Virus record (IMG/VR): IMGVR_UViG_3300020045_002007
Coordinates: 1-63,799 of that record
Reading direction: 5' to 3' (one strand)
Length of the DNA: 63,799 nt
From: a virus
Lineage: Duplodnaviria; Caudoviricetes
Part shown: piece after piece, positions 1 to 8,966 of the stretch
Numbering within the stretch: the stretch's first letter is position 1
Layout of the letters: each line of letters starts with the position of its first letter
The notes under the pieces: generated by a model
The model's database searches: none
What the model saw: only the letters and a program-made list of their open reading frames with translations
Told to the model about the DNA's origin: nothing
Position numbers and translations under genes: made by a program

Positions 1-121
1 TCAACCTATCAGGCTTAGGGATAGAGCATACCATTAATTATAGCGTAAAAATAAATTGCCATGGGGGCAAAATAATTGTTGCCTTTTTCGATTCAGTGAA
101 CTATAATAGGTTCAGTTGCAC
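1..121. repeat. 121-bp direct terminal repeat, left copy (likely circular-assembly overlap)
   Basis: Positions 1-121 are identical to 63679-63799. Confidence 0.95.
79..107 (+). promoter_or_regulatory. sigma70-type early promoter
   Basis: TTGCCT(79-84)-17 bp-TATAAT(102-107), upstream of SD GGAGA and ATG 159. Confidence 0.75.
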
Positions 122-158
122 CAAACCTGATCCGATAACTGATAACCTGGAGATTCAA

Positions 159-1028
159 ATGCCGCTCTTCTCGACTCGTACCGCAGCCCTTCGCAGCCTC
201 AAGGACATCTCGATCGACGCAGTGAAACATGCTAAAGATCTTATCACCGAACGGAACGACGGCAGGTTCTACTTCGATGAAGACCAAGCAGAACAGTTCC
301 TCAACACCCAAGACGACATCACTAACGCACATCTGGAGAATACCATGACCACCGAAATCACCCTCGAAAACTTCAAATCCGCTTCCACCGCCGACCTCGT
401 CGCGTTCTACAACGATCACGCTGAATCGTCTGTCAAGAAGTTCCGTGACCGCGCCACGGCCGAGAAGAAGGTTCAAATGATCCTGGAAACCGTCGTCGCT
501 GAAGAGATCGTCGCCAAGCCCGAACCGATGATCGGTAACATGTCGCTGTCCGACACCGTCGCTTTCGCCCAGGCTATCGCGGTCAAGAAGGCGAAACCGG
601 CCAATGCTGAAAAGCCAGTCAAGGCTCCGAAGTCCGTCATGAGCGAGATGATGCAAGCCTTGATTAACGACCCGAAAATGACTCCTCCGGAAGTGACCGA
701 CGACTTCGCCAGTGTAACCGAAGCGCAACACAAAGAACACCGTGGCGAGAAAGATGCTCCGACAGCCAAGGCTTCCTCCGAAGGTCGTACGGTTAGCGAC
801 ACCCAAGCCGAGACGATGAAGACCACGCTGAAGCTGGACCGTACGATCGTTTATATCGCCTCCGGTGAAACCTGGAAAAACGCATTCCAAATGTGGAAAG
901 CTCACACTGACTGGATGACCTCCGCTCAGCAAGACGGTCTGACTGCCAAACTGTACAAGGCGGCAAAAGAAGGCAAGCAAATCACCGTCGTGATCAATAG
1001 CCGCGCATTCCAGCTCAAGAACGTCTAA
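159..1028 (+). CDS. early hypothetical protein, Ala/Lys/Glu-rich; possible in-frame internal start at 345
   Basis: Strong SD (CTGGAGA) before both ATG 159 and ATG 345; first gene after the promoter. Confidence 0.8.
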   Translation: MPLFSTRTAALRSLKDISIDAVKHAKDLITERNDGRFYFDEDQAEQFLNTQDDITNAHLENTMTTEITLENFKSASTADLVAFYNDHAESSVKKFRDRATAEKKVQMILETVVAEEIVAKPEPMIGNMSLSDTVAFAQAIAVKKAKPANAEKPVKAPKSVMSEMMQALINDPKMTPPEVTDDFASVTEAQHKEHRGEKDAPTAKASSEGRTVSDTQAETMKTTLKLDRTIVYIASGETWKNAFQMWKAHTDWMTSAQQDGLTAKLYKAAKEGKQITVVINSRAFQLKNV

Positions 1029-1035
1029 GAAACTC

Positions 1036-1058
1036 CGGGAGCTTCGGCTCCCGTTTCT
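1036..1058 (+). terminator. intrinsic terminator
   Basis: CGGGAGC-TTCG-GCTCCCG followed by TTTCT, just after the stop at 1028. Confidence 0.75.
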
Positions 1059-1079
1059 AACCGATAACGGAGAACTGAA

Positions 1080-1292
1080 ATGGAACAAAATGGAACTTGC
1101 GATCACTGCGGCGAAGAGATGCCGATCTCTAAGCTCATCAAAAGCGGTAATGATTACTACTGTGCCGATTGCCATGTGGATGTCGTAGAGGAAGATGAAG
1201 GTCCGCAGATCTGTCCGGATTGCGACGGCTCCGGTGAAGGGATGCGCGAGGGAACAACCTGCTGGCGCTGTCATGGAAGGGGAACGATATGA
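1080..1292 (+). CDS. small zinc-finger protein (DnaJ-like CxxCxGxG repeats)
   Basis: CDHC, CADC, CPDCDGSG, CWRCHGRG; SD GGAGA. Confidence 0.75.
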   Translation: MEQNGTCDHCGEEMPISKLIKSGNDYYCADCHVDVVEEDEGPQICPDCDGSGEGMREGTTCWRCHGRGTI

Positions 1293-1462
1293 CCCCCTGC
1301 AACGGAGACAAGGTCACGGTGTCCGACTGTGGCAAAGCCCTTGATGAAATAGCTCGAGAGATAGACGCTCTGAAGCTTCAAACCAAGGAAATCGATCGTC
1401 GTATTCAAGCCTTGCGCACTCAAGCGCTCATCATCAACGCACTAGTACGGAGAATCGCATGA
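1289..1462 (+). CDS. 57-aa coiled-coil hypothetical protein (not in ORF track)
   Basis: MTPCNGDKVTVSDCGKALDEIAREIDALKLQ...; ATGA overlaps with both neighbours. Confidence 0.65.
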   Translation: MTPCNGDKVTVSDCGKALDEIAREIDALKLQTKEIDRRIQALRTQALIINALVRRIA

Positions 1463-1776
1463 AGAACCTGATGAACAACCGTGGAACCCTAAACGTTTCC
1501 AAGTTTCAGACCAAAGCGAATCAGCCTCGCTTCTACGGTCGCGCTAATATCAACGGGGTCGCCTACGAACTGAAAGGCTGGGAGAAGACGACTCCCTCCG
1601 GCGAGCCTTGGATCAGCATTCTGTTTGAAGAAACGGGTGAAGAGTTCGAGAGCGCCAAGGCCACGCCGACTACCCAATCCTCGGTGTTCTCCCAGGCCGC
1701 AATCAAGCCCGTTCGTCGCCCAGCAACGGCGGTTCAACCTAGCTTGATTGACATGGACGACGATATCCCATTTTGA
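1459..1776 (+). CDS. small SSB-like protein with bacterial SSB-type acidic tail
   Basis: Beta-rich N-terminus (PRFYGRANING...W...G.PWISI); C-terminus MDDDIPF. Confidence 0.65.
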   Translation: MKNLMNNRGTLNVSKFQTKANQPRFYGRANINGVAYELKGWEKTTPSGEPWISILFEETGEEFESAKATPTTQSSVFSQAAIKPVRRPATAVQPSLIDMDDDIPF

Positions 1777-1778
1777 GC

Positions 1779-1813
1779 TTTACTTTTCTGCCCCCATGCG
1801 CTATAATGGGGGC
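1779..1813 (+). promoter_or_regulatory. sigma70-type promoter with inverted repeat around the -10 box
   Basis: TTTACT-17 bp-TATAAT(1802-1807); GCCCCCAT/ATGGGGGC inverted repeat. Confidence 0.8.
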
Positions 1814-1847
1814 TGTTGTAACCGATAACCCTAACTGGAGAACCGAA

Positions 1848-2138
1848 ATGACCGCTAAACTGACCCAAAAAGCTGTTCGCGAACTGATTGACAATTACCT
1901 CCTCGCGGATGTTGAGCTCAAGAAGATCGAGAAGTACAAAGAAAAGCTGAAGGCTGAACTCATCGCCCTGGGCGAAGGTGCTCACCTTGGAAACGTCGGT
2001 CAGGTAAATGTCAGCGCGACCGAAACCTCCCGCTTGAACAATGATCGGCTGAAAGCCAAGTTTGGCGAAGCTCTGGCTGATTGTTACACGCTCTCGAAGT
2101 CCGTAACCGTTCGCATCAAACTTTTTGATAAGGAATGA
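1848..2138 (+). CDS. hypothetical protein (coiled coil plus beta hairpin)
   Basis: SD CTGGAGA before ATG 1848, downstream of the promoter at 1779. Confidence 0.75.
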   Translation: MTAKLTQKAVRELIDNYLLADVELKKIEKYKEKLKAELIALGEGAHLGNVGQVNVSATETSRLNNDRLKAKFGEALADCYTLSKSVTVRIKLFDKE

Positions 2139-2392
2139 AAATGCCTGAACCTAAATATTGGCTCAGCGGTGTTCCAGGTTTCTGTGAAACATGTGCTGGG
2201 CCGATTCACAAGAAGTTTTACGACGCGGTAACTCAAGCGGGTCCTCGAAGTGCTCCAGCCGCACCTGGCCCGTGGGCGTGTATGTGTGAAACGTGTTTCA
2301 CCCTGGGTCCAGGGTTTGGTAAACTAGGACAAGGGTTCGGTCAGGAATACACCGAATCTTCTGATGGTAAATGGTATAAAACTGGAGGCTAA
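2135..2392 (+). CDS. small zinc-binding hypothetical protein
   Basis: CETC...WACMCETC; ATGA overlap. Confidence 0.75.
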   Translation: MKMPEPKYWLSGVPGFCETCAGPIHKKFYDAVTQAGPRSAPAAPGPWACMCETCFTLGPGFGKLGQGFGQEYTESSDGKWYKTGG

Positions 2393-2395
2393 GTA

Positions 2396-3499
2396 ATGAC
2401 CCGCTCAATTTTCCCCAAATTTTCCCTTGATCGCAAAGTGATCAAATGGGACGACTACCTCGACGCCCTTACACCGTGGGAGAATCACCAAGGTATTTGG
2501 TTCAAGCGTGAAGACTACTTCGCGCCCCTCGGTTACGGCGGTCCGAACGGTTCCAAGTGTCGTCAGCTGATTCACTTGATGATCAATGATTCCGAAGGCA
2601 AGACGCACGTCCTCTCCGGAGCGAGCGTGAAGTCCCCTCAGCTTTCTATGAGCGCGATAATTGGAGCGCACTACGGACTGCCGAGCCGCCTTATCGTGGG
2701 TGCTACGAAGCCCAAGACGATGTTATATCACCCCAACCCTCGCATTGCGGCCGGGTTCGGTGCCAAGTTCGAATTCATCAACGTCGCCTACAACCCCGCT
2801 CTCCAACGCGAGGTGGCCAAACTGACTAAGCCTTCTAGCCTCGTGGTGAAGTACGGTATCACGGTGGATCACCAGGCTTGTGCGATGGAAGACCTGTTCG
2901 CGTTTCACGAGGTTGGCGCCAATCAGGTCAAAAACCTACCGGAAGAGGTCGAGGTGCTGATCGTACCCGCAGGATCTTGCAACTCCCTGGTGAGCGTACT
3001 CGTCGGGCTGTTCGCCGATCACAAGAACGTGAAGCTGCTCTACACGCTCGGTATCGGTCCGAACAAAATGGAATGGGTTCGTGAGCGTTGTACCAAGTTA
3101 GGTATTGATCTTGATCACGCTCCGTTCAAGTGGAAACATCACAGCCTACACGATACGGGGTTCTCCACGTACCAGGACAGCATGCCGGAGAGCTTCGACG
3201 GTATCAACTTCCACCCGACCTACGAAGGTAAGATGGTCCGTTACCTGAAGAGCAAGGGTTGGCTACCAGAAGACGGTACTGTGGGTTTCTGGATCGTAGG
3301 TAGCGAGCCGGACTTGAAAGTGATCGAGCCGTTTTACACGACCGATCCCGAGAGTATCCTGGCTGAAGGCGAGACGGTAGATTTGAAAGCAACGGCAGAA
3401 GCGATGTACGAAGATATGCCGACTCCTAAGCCGTCGTGGGATCAGTTGGGTGCAACGTGTCAATCTGTGTGGCTTGAAAGAGCGAAGGAATCGGTATGA
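2396..3499 (+). CDS. PLP-dependent enzyme (fold type II, ACC deaminase/D-cysteine desulfhydrase-like); predicted DNA-modification decarboxylase
   Basis: LTP...WFKREDY...GGPNGSKCR (PLP lysine), VPAGSCNS phosphate loop, HPTYEGK; next to hypermodification genes. Confidence 0.8.
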   Translation: MTRSIFPKFSLDRKVIKWDDYLDALTPWENHQGIWFKREDYFAPLGYGGPNGSKCRQLIHLMINDSEGKTHVLSGASVKSPQLSMSAIIGAHYGLPSRLIVGATKPKTMLYHPNPRIAAGFGAKFEFINVAYNPALQREVAKLTKPSSLVVKYGITVDHQACAMEDLFAFHEVGANQVKNLPEEVEVLIVPAGSCNSLVSVLVGLFADHKNVKLLYTLGIGPNKMEWVRERCTKLGIDLDHAPFKWKHHSLHDTGFSTYQDSMPESFDGINFHPTYEGKMVRYLKSKGWLPEDGTVGFWIVGSEPDLKVIEPFYTTDPESILAEGETVDLKATAEAMYEDMPTPKPSWDQLGATCQSVWLERAKESV

Positions 3500-4059
3500 G
3501 CTACTTGAATCATGACCAAATCGTCCAGGCTTGCGAAGCCGGAGCGATAGACCTCTGGTCCGCGGACTGCGTCAATGCGGCTAGCCTGGACCTTCGCCTA
3601 GGGGAGACGATTTTCTTGGAAAGAAACGACCCCAACACCTGGGGTAAACCTACGAGGTTGGACTATCGCGCCCGTGACAAGATGCTCATGCGTGAATATG
3701 CCTTGGGAAATCAGGGTATCCTGATCCTACCTGGAGAGTTCTTCCTCGCCCACACGGTTGAGCTTTGCAACTTCCCTGATAACCTCGCGGCCTTGTTCCG
3801 TATCAAGTCCAGTATGGGTCGCATGGGGTTGGAGCACATGGACGCTGGGTGGGTCGATCCAGGTTTCCACGGAGCACTGACGCTCGAGTTCAAGAACATG
3901 ACTCAGCATCACGCTATCTTGCTCCGACCGGGTGACAAGATCGGTCAGCTGATCTTCTTTCGAGGCGACCAAGTCGCTGAAGACCAGAGTTATCGGGCCA
4001 AGGGTAATTACAACGGCCAGTCTGGCATCATGCAAGCGGGTTACAAGGGAGACAAGTGA
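3496..4059 (+). CDS. dcd: dCTP deaminase
   Basis: ASLDLRLG, KSSMGRMGL, AGWVDPGFHGALTLE, IGQLIF motifs. Confidence 0.9.
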   Translation: MSYLNHDQIVQACEAGAIDLWSADCVNAASLDLRLGETIFLERNDPNTWGKPTRLDYRARDKMLMREYALGNQGILILPGEFFLAHTVELCNFPDNLAALFRIKSSMGRMGLEHMDAGWVDPGFHGALTLEFKNMTQHHAILLRPGDKIGQLIFFRGDQVAEDQSYRAKGNYNGQSGIMQAGYKGDK

Positions 4060-5045
4060 TGGATTACCGACTGAAAGAGAATCGCCTGGGGTATTTCACC
4101 AAGCTCTACGCGATGAACTTGAAACACGGTATCATGCCGGGTTTGGTTTACCTCTATATGCCCGAGCTGGCCAAGAAGTACTCTTGGGACATGGAACAGA
4201 AACTCTGGTTCGCGTTCCTGAACGGTAACACGCAGAACCCGATCACGAGTATGCGTATCTTCCGTCGGTTCCCAGAGCCTCCGAAGAACAAGGCTGAGTT
4301 TCAAGACCTGGACACCTGGTTCAATGAAGAGTGGGAGCGTCTCAGCTTTGACGTCGATCGTCGCTACCAGAAAAAGGACTTCCCGGCCGCAGTGATGTCC
4401 TACTGCCGAGCACTTCACGCGTTTGAAACCCAGGAAAACCTGCTCACCGGAACCCATGAAGAACTGTGGGAGCGGGTTACGACGAGTTTCAAGAGCTTCG
4501 GCAGACTAGCTACGTTCTCCTACCTGGAATACGTCAAGATTATGGGAGCGGGAGCTGCGTGTACGGACCTATTGTTCACTGACCGAAGCGGTAGCAAGTC
4601 CCACCGTAACGGTATGTTGTTCCTGTTAGGTCTTGATCACCTCGTAGATGACAAGCGAGCCGACAACAACTTCGAAGGAACCTATGAAGACTTCCCCAGG
4701 ATGTGCAAATGGCTTGACGCCAAGGCCGAAAAGTATCTCGCCGAATGCGGAATCCAACATCCCGACGTTGGTAACTTCACCCTGGAAAGTCAGTGCTGCC
4801 AGTTCAAGAACGGGTTCTTCCGACGGCGTTTTCCTGGTATCTATGCGGACATGGCTTGGGATCGGATTAAATGGTATCAAGATCGAGACATGGATGACGT
4901 AACTCAGGTCTTCCGTCAGATGCGAGAAGATCACCTACCCGAGTGGCTCCGGGAAGAGTGCGAGTCGCCGGTAGTAGATCGCAAAATCAAAGCCTCACGA
5001 TTCATGGAAACGGGTGTTCCATTCCGTGCTGAACATTTCCTTTAG
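4056..5045 (+). CDS. amino acid:DNA transferase (aGPT-Pplase2-type, HhH-glycosylase-derived fold)
   Basis: DYRL.ENR, EQKLWFAFLNG, FDVDRRYQK, FGRLATFSYLEY, SKSHRNG, FTLESQCCQFK motifs; cluster context. Confidence 0.75.
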   Translation: MMDYRLKENRLGYFTKLYAMNLKHGIMPGLVYLYMPELAKKYSWDMEQKLWFAFLNGNTQNPITSMRIFRRFPEPPKNKAEFQDLDTWFNEEWERLSFDVDRRYQKKDFPAAVMSYCRALHAFETQENLLTGTHEELWERVTTSFKSFGRLATFSYLEYVKIMGAGAACTDLLFTDRSGSKSHRNGMLFLLGLDHLVDDKRADNNFEGTYEDFPRMCKWLDAKAEKYLAECGIQHPDVGNFTLESQCCQFKNGFFRRRFPGIYADMAWDRIKWYQDRDMDDVTQVFRQMREDHLPEWLREECESPVVDRKIKASRFMETGVPFRAEHFL

Positions 5046-5054
5046 GAGTATCAA

Positions 5055-5633
5055 ATGAGCAAAAAGATCGTATCGCTTCGTGGCACTTCCGGTTCCGGCA
5101 AGAGCACGGTAGCCTTCAAGATGTTTGAAAAATACCCTCGCCAGGAAATCGTCGGCGCGGACGGCAAGATTCAGGGCTACAAGGTCGACGCCTCCCCGGA
5201 AGTCAAAAACCCGATCTACGTCCTGGGTAAGTACACGACCGCGTGTGGTGGATGTGACCAAATCCCGACTCAACAAGAAGCCGCTGACCGCGCCGTACAC
5301 TATCACCAAGATGGTCACGTACTGATGGAAGGTCTTCTGGCTTCGGCGGCAGGTCCGGCGGGAGCGGTTACGATGACGATCCAGGATACCGGGAAGGCCG
5401 TTTTCGCCATCCTCGACACGCCGGTAGACCTTTGCATTGAGCGCGTCAAAGCACGTCGCCTAGCGCGTGGAGACGAGCGCCCTCTCAATGAGAAAAATAC
5501 CCGAGACAAGTGGCAGCAAACGCGTAGCACCGCGAGCGCATTGTTCAAACTCGGTTACGACGTCCGACCGATTAATCACACACAAGCCTTCGAAGACGTG
5601 ATGGACATTTTCGTGGGAGCTGAGCGTGATTAA
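5055..5633 (+). CDS. P-loop nucleotide kinase of the hypermodification cluster
   Basis: Walker A GTSGSGKST; LGKY...GGCD; kinase lid CIERVKARR. Confidence 0.8.
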   Translation: MSKKIVSLRGTSGSGKSTVAFKMFEKYPRQEIVGADGKIQGYKVDASPEVKNPIYVLGKYTTACGGCDQIPTQQEAADRAVHYHQDGHVLMEGLLASAAGPAGAVTMTIQDTGKAVFAILDTPVDLCIERVKARRLARGDERPLNEKNTRDKWQQTRSTASALFKLGYDVRPINHTQAFEDVMDIFVGAERD

Positions 5634-6531
5634 TCCGTTCAAGAGGCCTGAGACGTACGCTCCGTGCGCCGACGACATTCTGTACTGGGTCGCCGAGCGG
5701 GAGCGTATCCGTGAAATCAAACTGCTCAATATCGCTAAGCCTTGGACTGAAGATCCTATTATTCAGAAGTATCGCTTCTGTAACGTCCGCCGCCGTCACG
5801 ACCGGATGAGTCAGTGGATGATCTACAACCTGTTTTCTCATTACGTGATGGACGACAGCAAAGACCTTTGGTTCGTATCCGCCATTGCTCGCTACGTGAA
5901 TTGGCCTCCGAGCCTGCTGGCGCTAATGATGAACGGAGCTATTCCGCATAACGCGAAAGACTTTGATCCTTACGTTTTCGTGGCCGTGATGGACGACCTC
6001 AAGAAGGAAGGGATCAAGTGTTGGGGAAGTGCGTATATGCTCTACCCTGGGCGCGAGACCGGCTCTAACAAGGCCGAGACCGTGGCGTTTCGGTTCCTGT
6101 TGCCACTCGTGACCCACGCGGACGATATCCGTAAGGCGGTGGCTAACAATACCGTAGAGGGGGTGGTCGCCGAGCTGTCCAAGTTCTATGGCTGGAATAC
6201 TTTCCTGTCCGGCCAAGTGGCTGCTGATCTGACCTACTTCGCAGATGAATTAGGGCTGGCGAAAGACCTTTATAATTGGGCACCTATTGGTCCTGGGTCC
6301 CAGAGAGGATTGAATCGTCTGTTCGGGCACTCTATCGGACATCACTGGCATCAGGATCAATTCAATGAAGCGTTGATGATTATTTGGCAAGACATCGCTG
6401 AACAGCTAGACCTGGAGGATATCACCCTACATGACGTACAAAACGTGATGTGCGAAATGGACAAGTACTGGAGAGTGCTCGCCGGTGAAGGTGCTCCCCG
6501 TTCGATTTACGTGCCGGAAACGGCTTATTAA
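5626..6531 (+). CDS. 5-hmdU DNA kinase, helical (aGPT-Pplase1-type) protein
   Basis: ERERIR...PWTEDPIIQKYRFCNVRRRHDRMS, GQVAADL, GPGSQRGLNR, QNVMCEMDKY. Confidence 0.8.
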   Translation: MINPFKRPETYAPCADDILYWVAERERIREIKLLNIAKPWTEDPIIQKYRFCNVRRRHDRMSQWMIYNLFSHYVMDDSKDLWFVSAIARYVNWPPSLLALMMNGAIPHNAKDFDPYVFVAVMDDLKKEGIKCWGSAYMLYPGRETGSNKAETVAFRFLLPLVTHADDIRKAVANNTVEGVVAELSKFYGWNTFLSGQVAADLTYFADELGLAKDLYNWAPIGPGSQRGLNRLFGHSIGHHWHQDQFNEALMIIWQDIAEQLDLEDITLHDVQNVMCEMDKYWRVLAGEGAPRSIYVPETAY

Positions 6532-6533
6532 GC

Positions 6534-6626
6534 TATAATTAGCAAGCGACAAGGGTTTGCAAGCCCTGGGAGGATTCGTCCCCTCCCTGTCGCGACTTCA
6601 AGGACGACACTTTGACGAGGTGCTGA
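6534..6626 (+). promoter_or_regulatory. -10 box plus structured three-way-junction 5' leader
   Basis: TATAAT 6534-6539; stem GCGACA/TGTCGC enclosing two hairpins; loop TCGTC complementary to GACGA at 6603 and 6614 (SD). Confidence 0.6.
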
Positions 6627-7199
6627 ATGAATTACCAACTACTATATGATAACTTGATAGCGAAACGCGGCTCCGCCGGCAAACCTGCTGTTTACTCAGA
6701 ACGTCATCACATTCTTCCTAAGTGTTTAGGAGGAAATGATAAGAAAGTTAATCTGATTTACCTAAGTGCCGAAGCTCATTACGTAGCGCATCAACTATTA
6801 GTAAAGATAAACCCAGGACATCCAGGTTTGATGGAAGCGGTAGTTTGGATGTCTGTTCACCCTAATGGCAAAAGATCTAACAATAAATTGTACGGTTGGA
6901 TAAGAAAAATATATTCTAAGGTAAACAGTGAAAGGGTAAAACTTTGGCATAAAAATAACCCTGATAAGCATCCTATGAAAAATACAGAAACTCGTATGAA
7001 GATTTCTGGGGAAAACAACTGGATGGCTTCTGAAGAAGGTAAGCTATTCTTTAGCACCTGCAATCCAATGAAAAATAAAACTATAGCTATGAAAACGTCT
7101 AAGGCTTTGAAAAACAGATGGTCTGATCCCGAATTTAGGACAATGATGAGTGCTTCTATGAAAAAGGGTTGGGCGGCTAAACTAACTAAGGAGAAATAA
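6627..7199 (+). CDS. free-standing HNH homing endonuclease
   Basis: ERHHILPKCLGGND...NLIYLSAEAHYVAHQLL; AT-rich; basic DNA-binding repeats. Confidence 0.9.
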   Translation: MNYQLLYDNLIAKRGSAGKPAVYSERHHILPKCLGGNDKKVNLIYLSAEAHYVAHQLLVKINPGHPGLMEAVVWMSVHPNGKRSNNKLYGWIRKIYSKVNSERVKLWHKNNPDKHPMKNTETRMKISGENNWMASEEGKLFFSTCNPMKNKTIAMKTSKALKNRWSDPEFRTMMSASMKKGWAAKLTKEK

Positions 7200-8186
7200 A
7201 TGGAGCTAACGGTTCGCAACGCTAACGACCTCTTCAGCGAAGGGCTTTGGAAGCTGAAGACGTGTGGTGTAAAATCCGATTCTAGGAACGGTGCAGTCAT
7301 TCGCATCGAAGAGCCTGTTATCATTACTGTAGAAAGACCGCAAGAGCGTGTGCTGTTCTTCGGAGAACGCGATCCTGCCCACATTTTTCACTTAATGGAA
7401 TGTCTGTGGATTTTAGCAGGTAGACAAGATGTTGGGTTCTTAAAGAACTTCAATGGAAATATCGGACAGTTTTCCGACGATGGAATCGTATTTAATGCGA
7501 GCTACGGCTATAGAATGCGACATCACTTTGGTCGGGATCAGCTGGTGGATGTTATTCATACTTTGAAAGCTGATCCTAACAGTCGTCAGGCTGTGATTCA
7601 GCTTTGGGACTCTGAGGATTTGATGAAAGAAACCAAGGACAAGTGCTGTAACACCCAATTGGTTTTCGATATCATTAGTGGAAGAGTGAATCTCACTGTT
7701 TTTAATCGGAGCAATGATTTCTGGTGGGGTAACGCGGGAAGCAATATCGTGCACTTTAGTTTCCTACTTGAATTTGTAGCTTGTGCGATAGGCAAACCGA
7801 TTGGCAAGATGCGTACCTTAATCAACAATCTCCACATTTACGACAAGTCAGTATACGACGCCGCGAAGCACCTTGATATGCCGCCCGAAGCGTACGACTA
7901 TGACGCCTATCAACATAACGTGACCTCTACGCCTATTATCAAACCGGGGGATAACTGGCAAGAATGGCTGAGGGATGCGGAGCGGTTTTGCGATGATCCG
8001 TTTGAATATCCCTATGGATCACACTCATTCTTCAAGAACGTCGCCTACCCGATGGCGATGGTCTCTAAGACTCGTAAAGAGAAGTCTGGAACCGGCGAGC
8101 ACTGGGCGATTCATATTCACGCGACCGACTGGCGTATTGCTACGCTTGATTGGATTGAGCGTCGTGAATCAGCAAAACGCAAATAG
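7200..8186 (+). CDS. thymidylate-synthase-family dUMP hydroxymethylase
   Basis: SRNG, SRQAVIQLWD, KDKCCN (catalytic Cys), NRSND, and Asn in GNAGSN at the dUMP-specifying position; NLHIY. Confidence 0.8.
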   Translation: MELTVRNANDLFSEGLWKLKTCGVKSDSRNGAVIRIEEPVIITVERPQERVLFFGERDPAHIFHLMECLWILAGRQDVGFLKNFNGNIGQFSDDGIVFNASYGYRMRHHFGRDQLVDVIHTLKADPNSRQAVIQLWDSEDLMKETKDKCCNTQLVFDIISGRVNLTVFNRSNDFWWGNAGSNIVHFSFLLEFVACAIGKPIGKMRTLINNLHIYDKSVYDAAKHLDMPPEAYDYDAYQHNVTSTPIIKPGDNWQEWLRDAERFCDDPFEYPYGSHSFFKNVAYPMAMVSKTRKEKSGTGEHWAIHIHATDWRIATLDWIERRESAKRK

Positions 8187-8187
8187 C

Positions 8188-8222
8188 TTTACTTCTGGAA
8201 AGCCCTCAGGTATAATGGGGGC
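8188..8222 (+). promoter_or_regulatory. sigma70-type promoter
   Basis: TTTACT-17 bp-TATAAT(8211-8216) followed by GGGGGC. Confidence 0.8.
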
Positions 8223-8250
8223 TGTTCTAACAAATAACAGGAGTACCGAA

Positions 8251-8469
8251 ATGGAAACACCCCCCAACACCCATGAAGTTTATATCCGTCGTGGGGTTTT
8301 GATCAATGATGATCCTCAGCGCCGGTGCTACAACGGAGCTTATGCGAAAAGTCACATTGAATGGAGCGAGTGGGAACACTGGATGGATTACCCGAGTGAA
8401 GAACACGCCCAGCGAGCCGCAAGATTGTTTGCTCGCGATACTCAACAACTGAAAGTGGTGCCCAAATGA
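8251..8469 (+). CDS. hypothetical protein
   Basis: SD AGGAG before ATG 8251; NDDPQRRCYNG...WSEW. Confidence 0.75.
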   Translation: METPPNTHEVYIRRGVLINDDPQRRCYNGAYAKSHIEWSEWEHWMDYPSEEHAQRAARLFARDTQQLKVVPK

Positions 8470-8966
8470 AAAACCGTCTCAACTTCATCATTTCCGGTAG
8501 CGAGACCGTTCGCTATCACACGGTTCGTACGCTAACTTCCGAAACCGTAGGTCATCATTCCCACATGGTCGCGATGCTCTGTATCATCCTACATCCGACA
8601 GAAAACCCCAGTACGGCTTTACTTTGGGGTGCTTTGACTCATGACCTCGCCGAACACCAAACGGGTGACATCCCCTCGCCAGCAAAACGCGAGTACGGGA
8701 TCGGCGAGCAAGTGTCCGAACTTGAGGAAAGACTACTGACAAGTGCGCTTTTGGACATGAAACTGTCTAATATGGACGCTCGTATCCTGAAGCTAGCTGA
8801 TTTGGCTCAGGGTGCGCTGTTCTGCGTACGCGAACTTCAGCTAGGTAACACCTTGATGAAAATCGTGTACGAGCGTTACAAGTCATACGCCGAGGGTATG
8901 ATCCTAGTCGGTCGTGAGCGGGAAGTGTTCGATGTAATTCAACAGATGAGAGAGGAAATCAAATGA
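8466..8966 (+). CDS. HD-domain deoxynucleotide hydrolase (YfbR-like)
   Basis: RYH, ETVGHHS, ALTHDLAE..TGDIPSPAK, LKLAD. Confidence 0.85.
   Translation: MKNRLNFIISGSETVRYHTVRTLTSETVGHHSHMVAMLCIILHPTENPSTALLWGALTHDLAEHQTGDIPSPAKREYGIGEQVSELEERLLTSALLDMKLSNMDARILKLADLAQGALFCVRELQLGNTLMKIVYERYKSYAEGMILVGREREVFDVIQQMREEIK

Noticed and set aside
93-1274. 393-aa minus-strand ORF
   Set aside because: Antisense shadow of genes that have their own promoter, SD and terminator; no plausible start signals
7200-8186. dCMP hydroxymethylase (hmC genome) or ordinary ThyA
   Set aside because: Asn rather than Asp at the specificity position, no glycosyltransferase or DHFR, and 5-hmdU-processing neighbours
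8466-8966. DatZ and a 2-aminoadenine (Z) genome
   Set aside because: No PurZ-like gene is present; the context is thymidine modification
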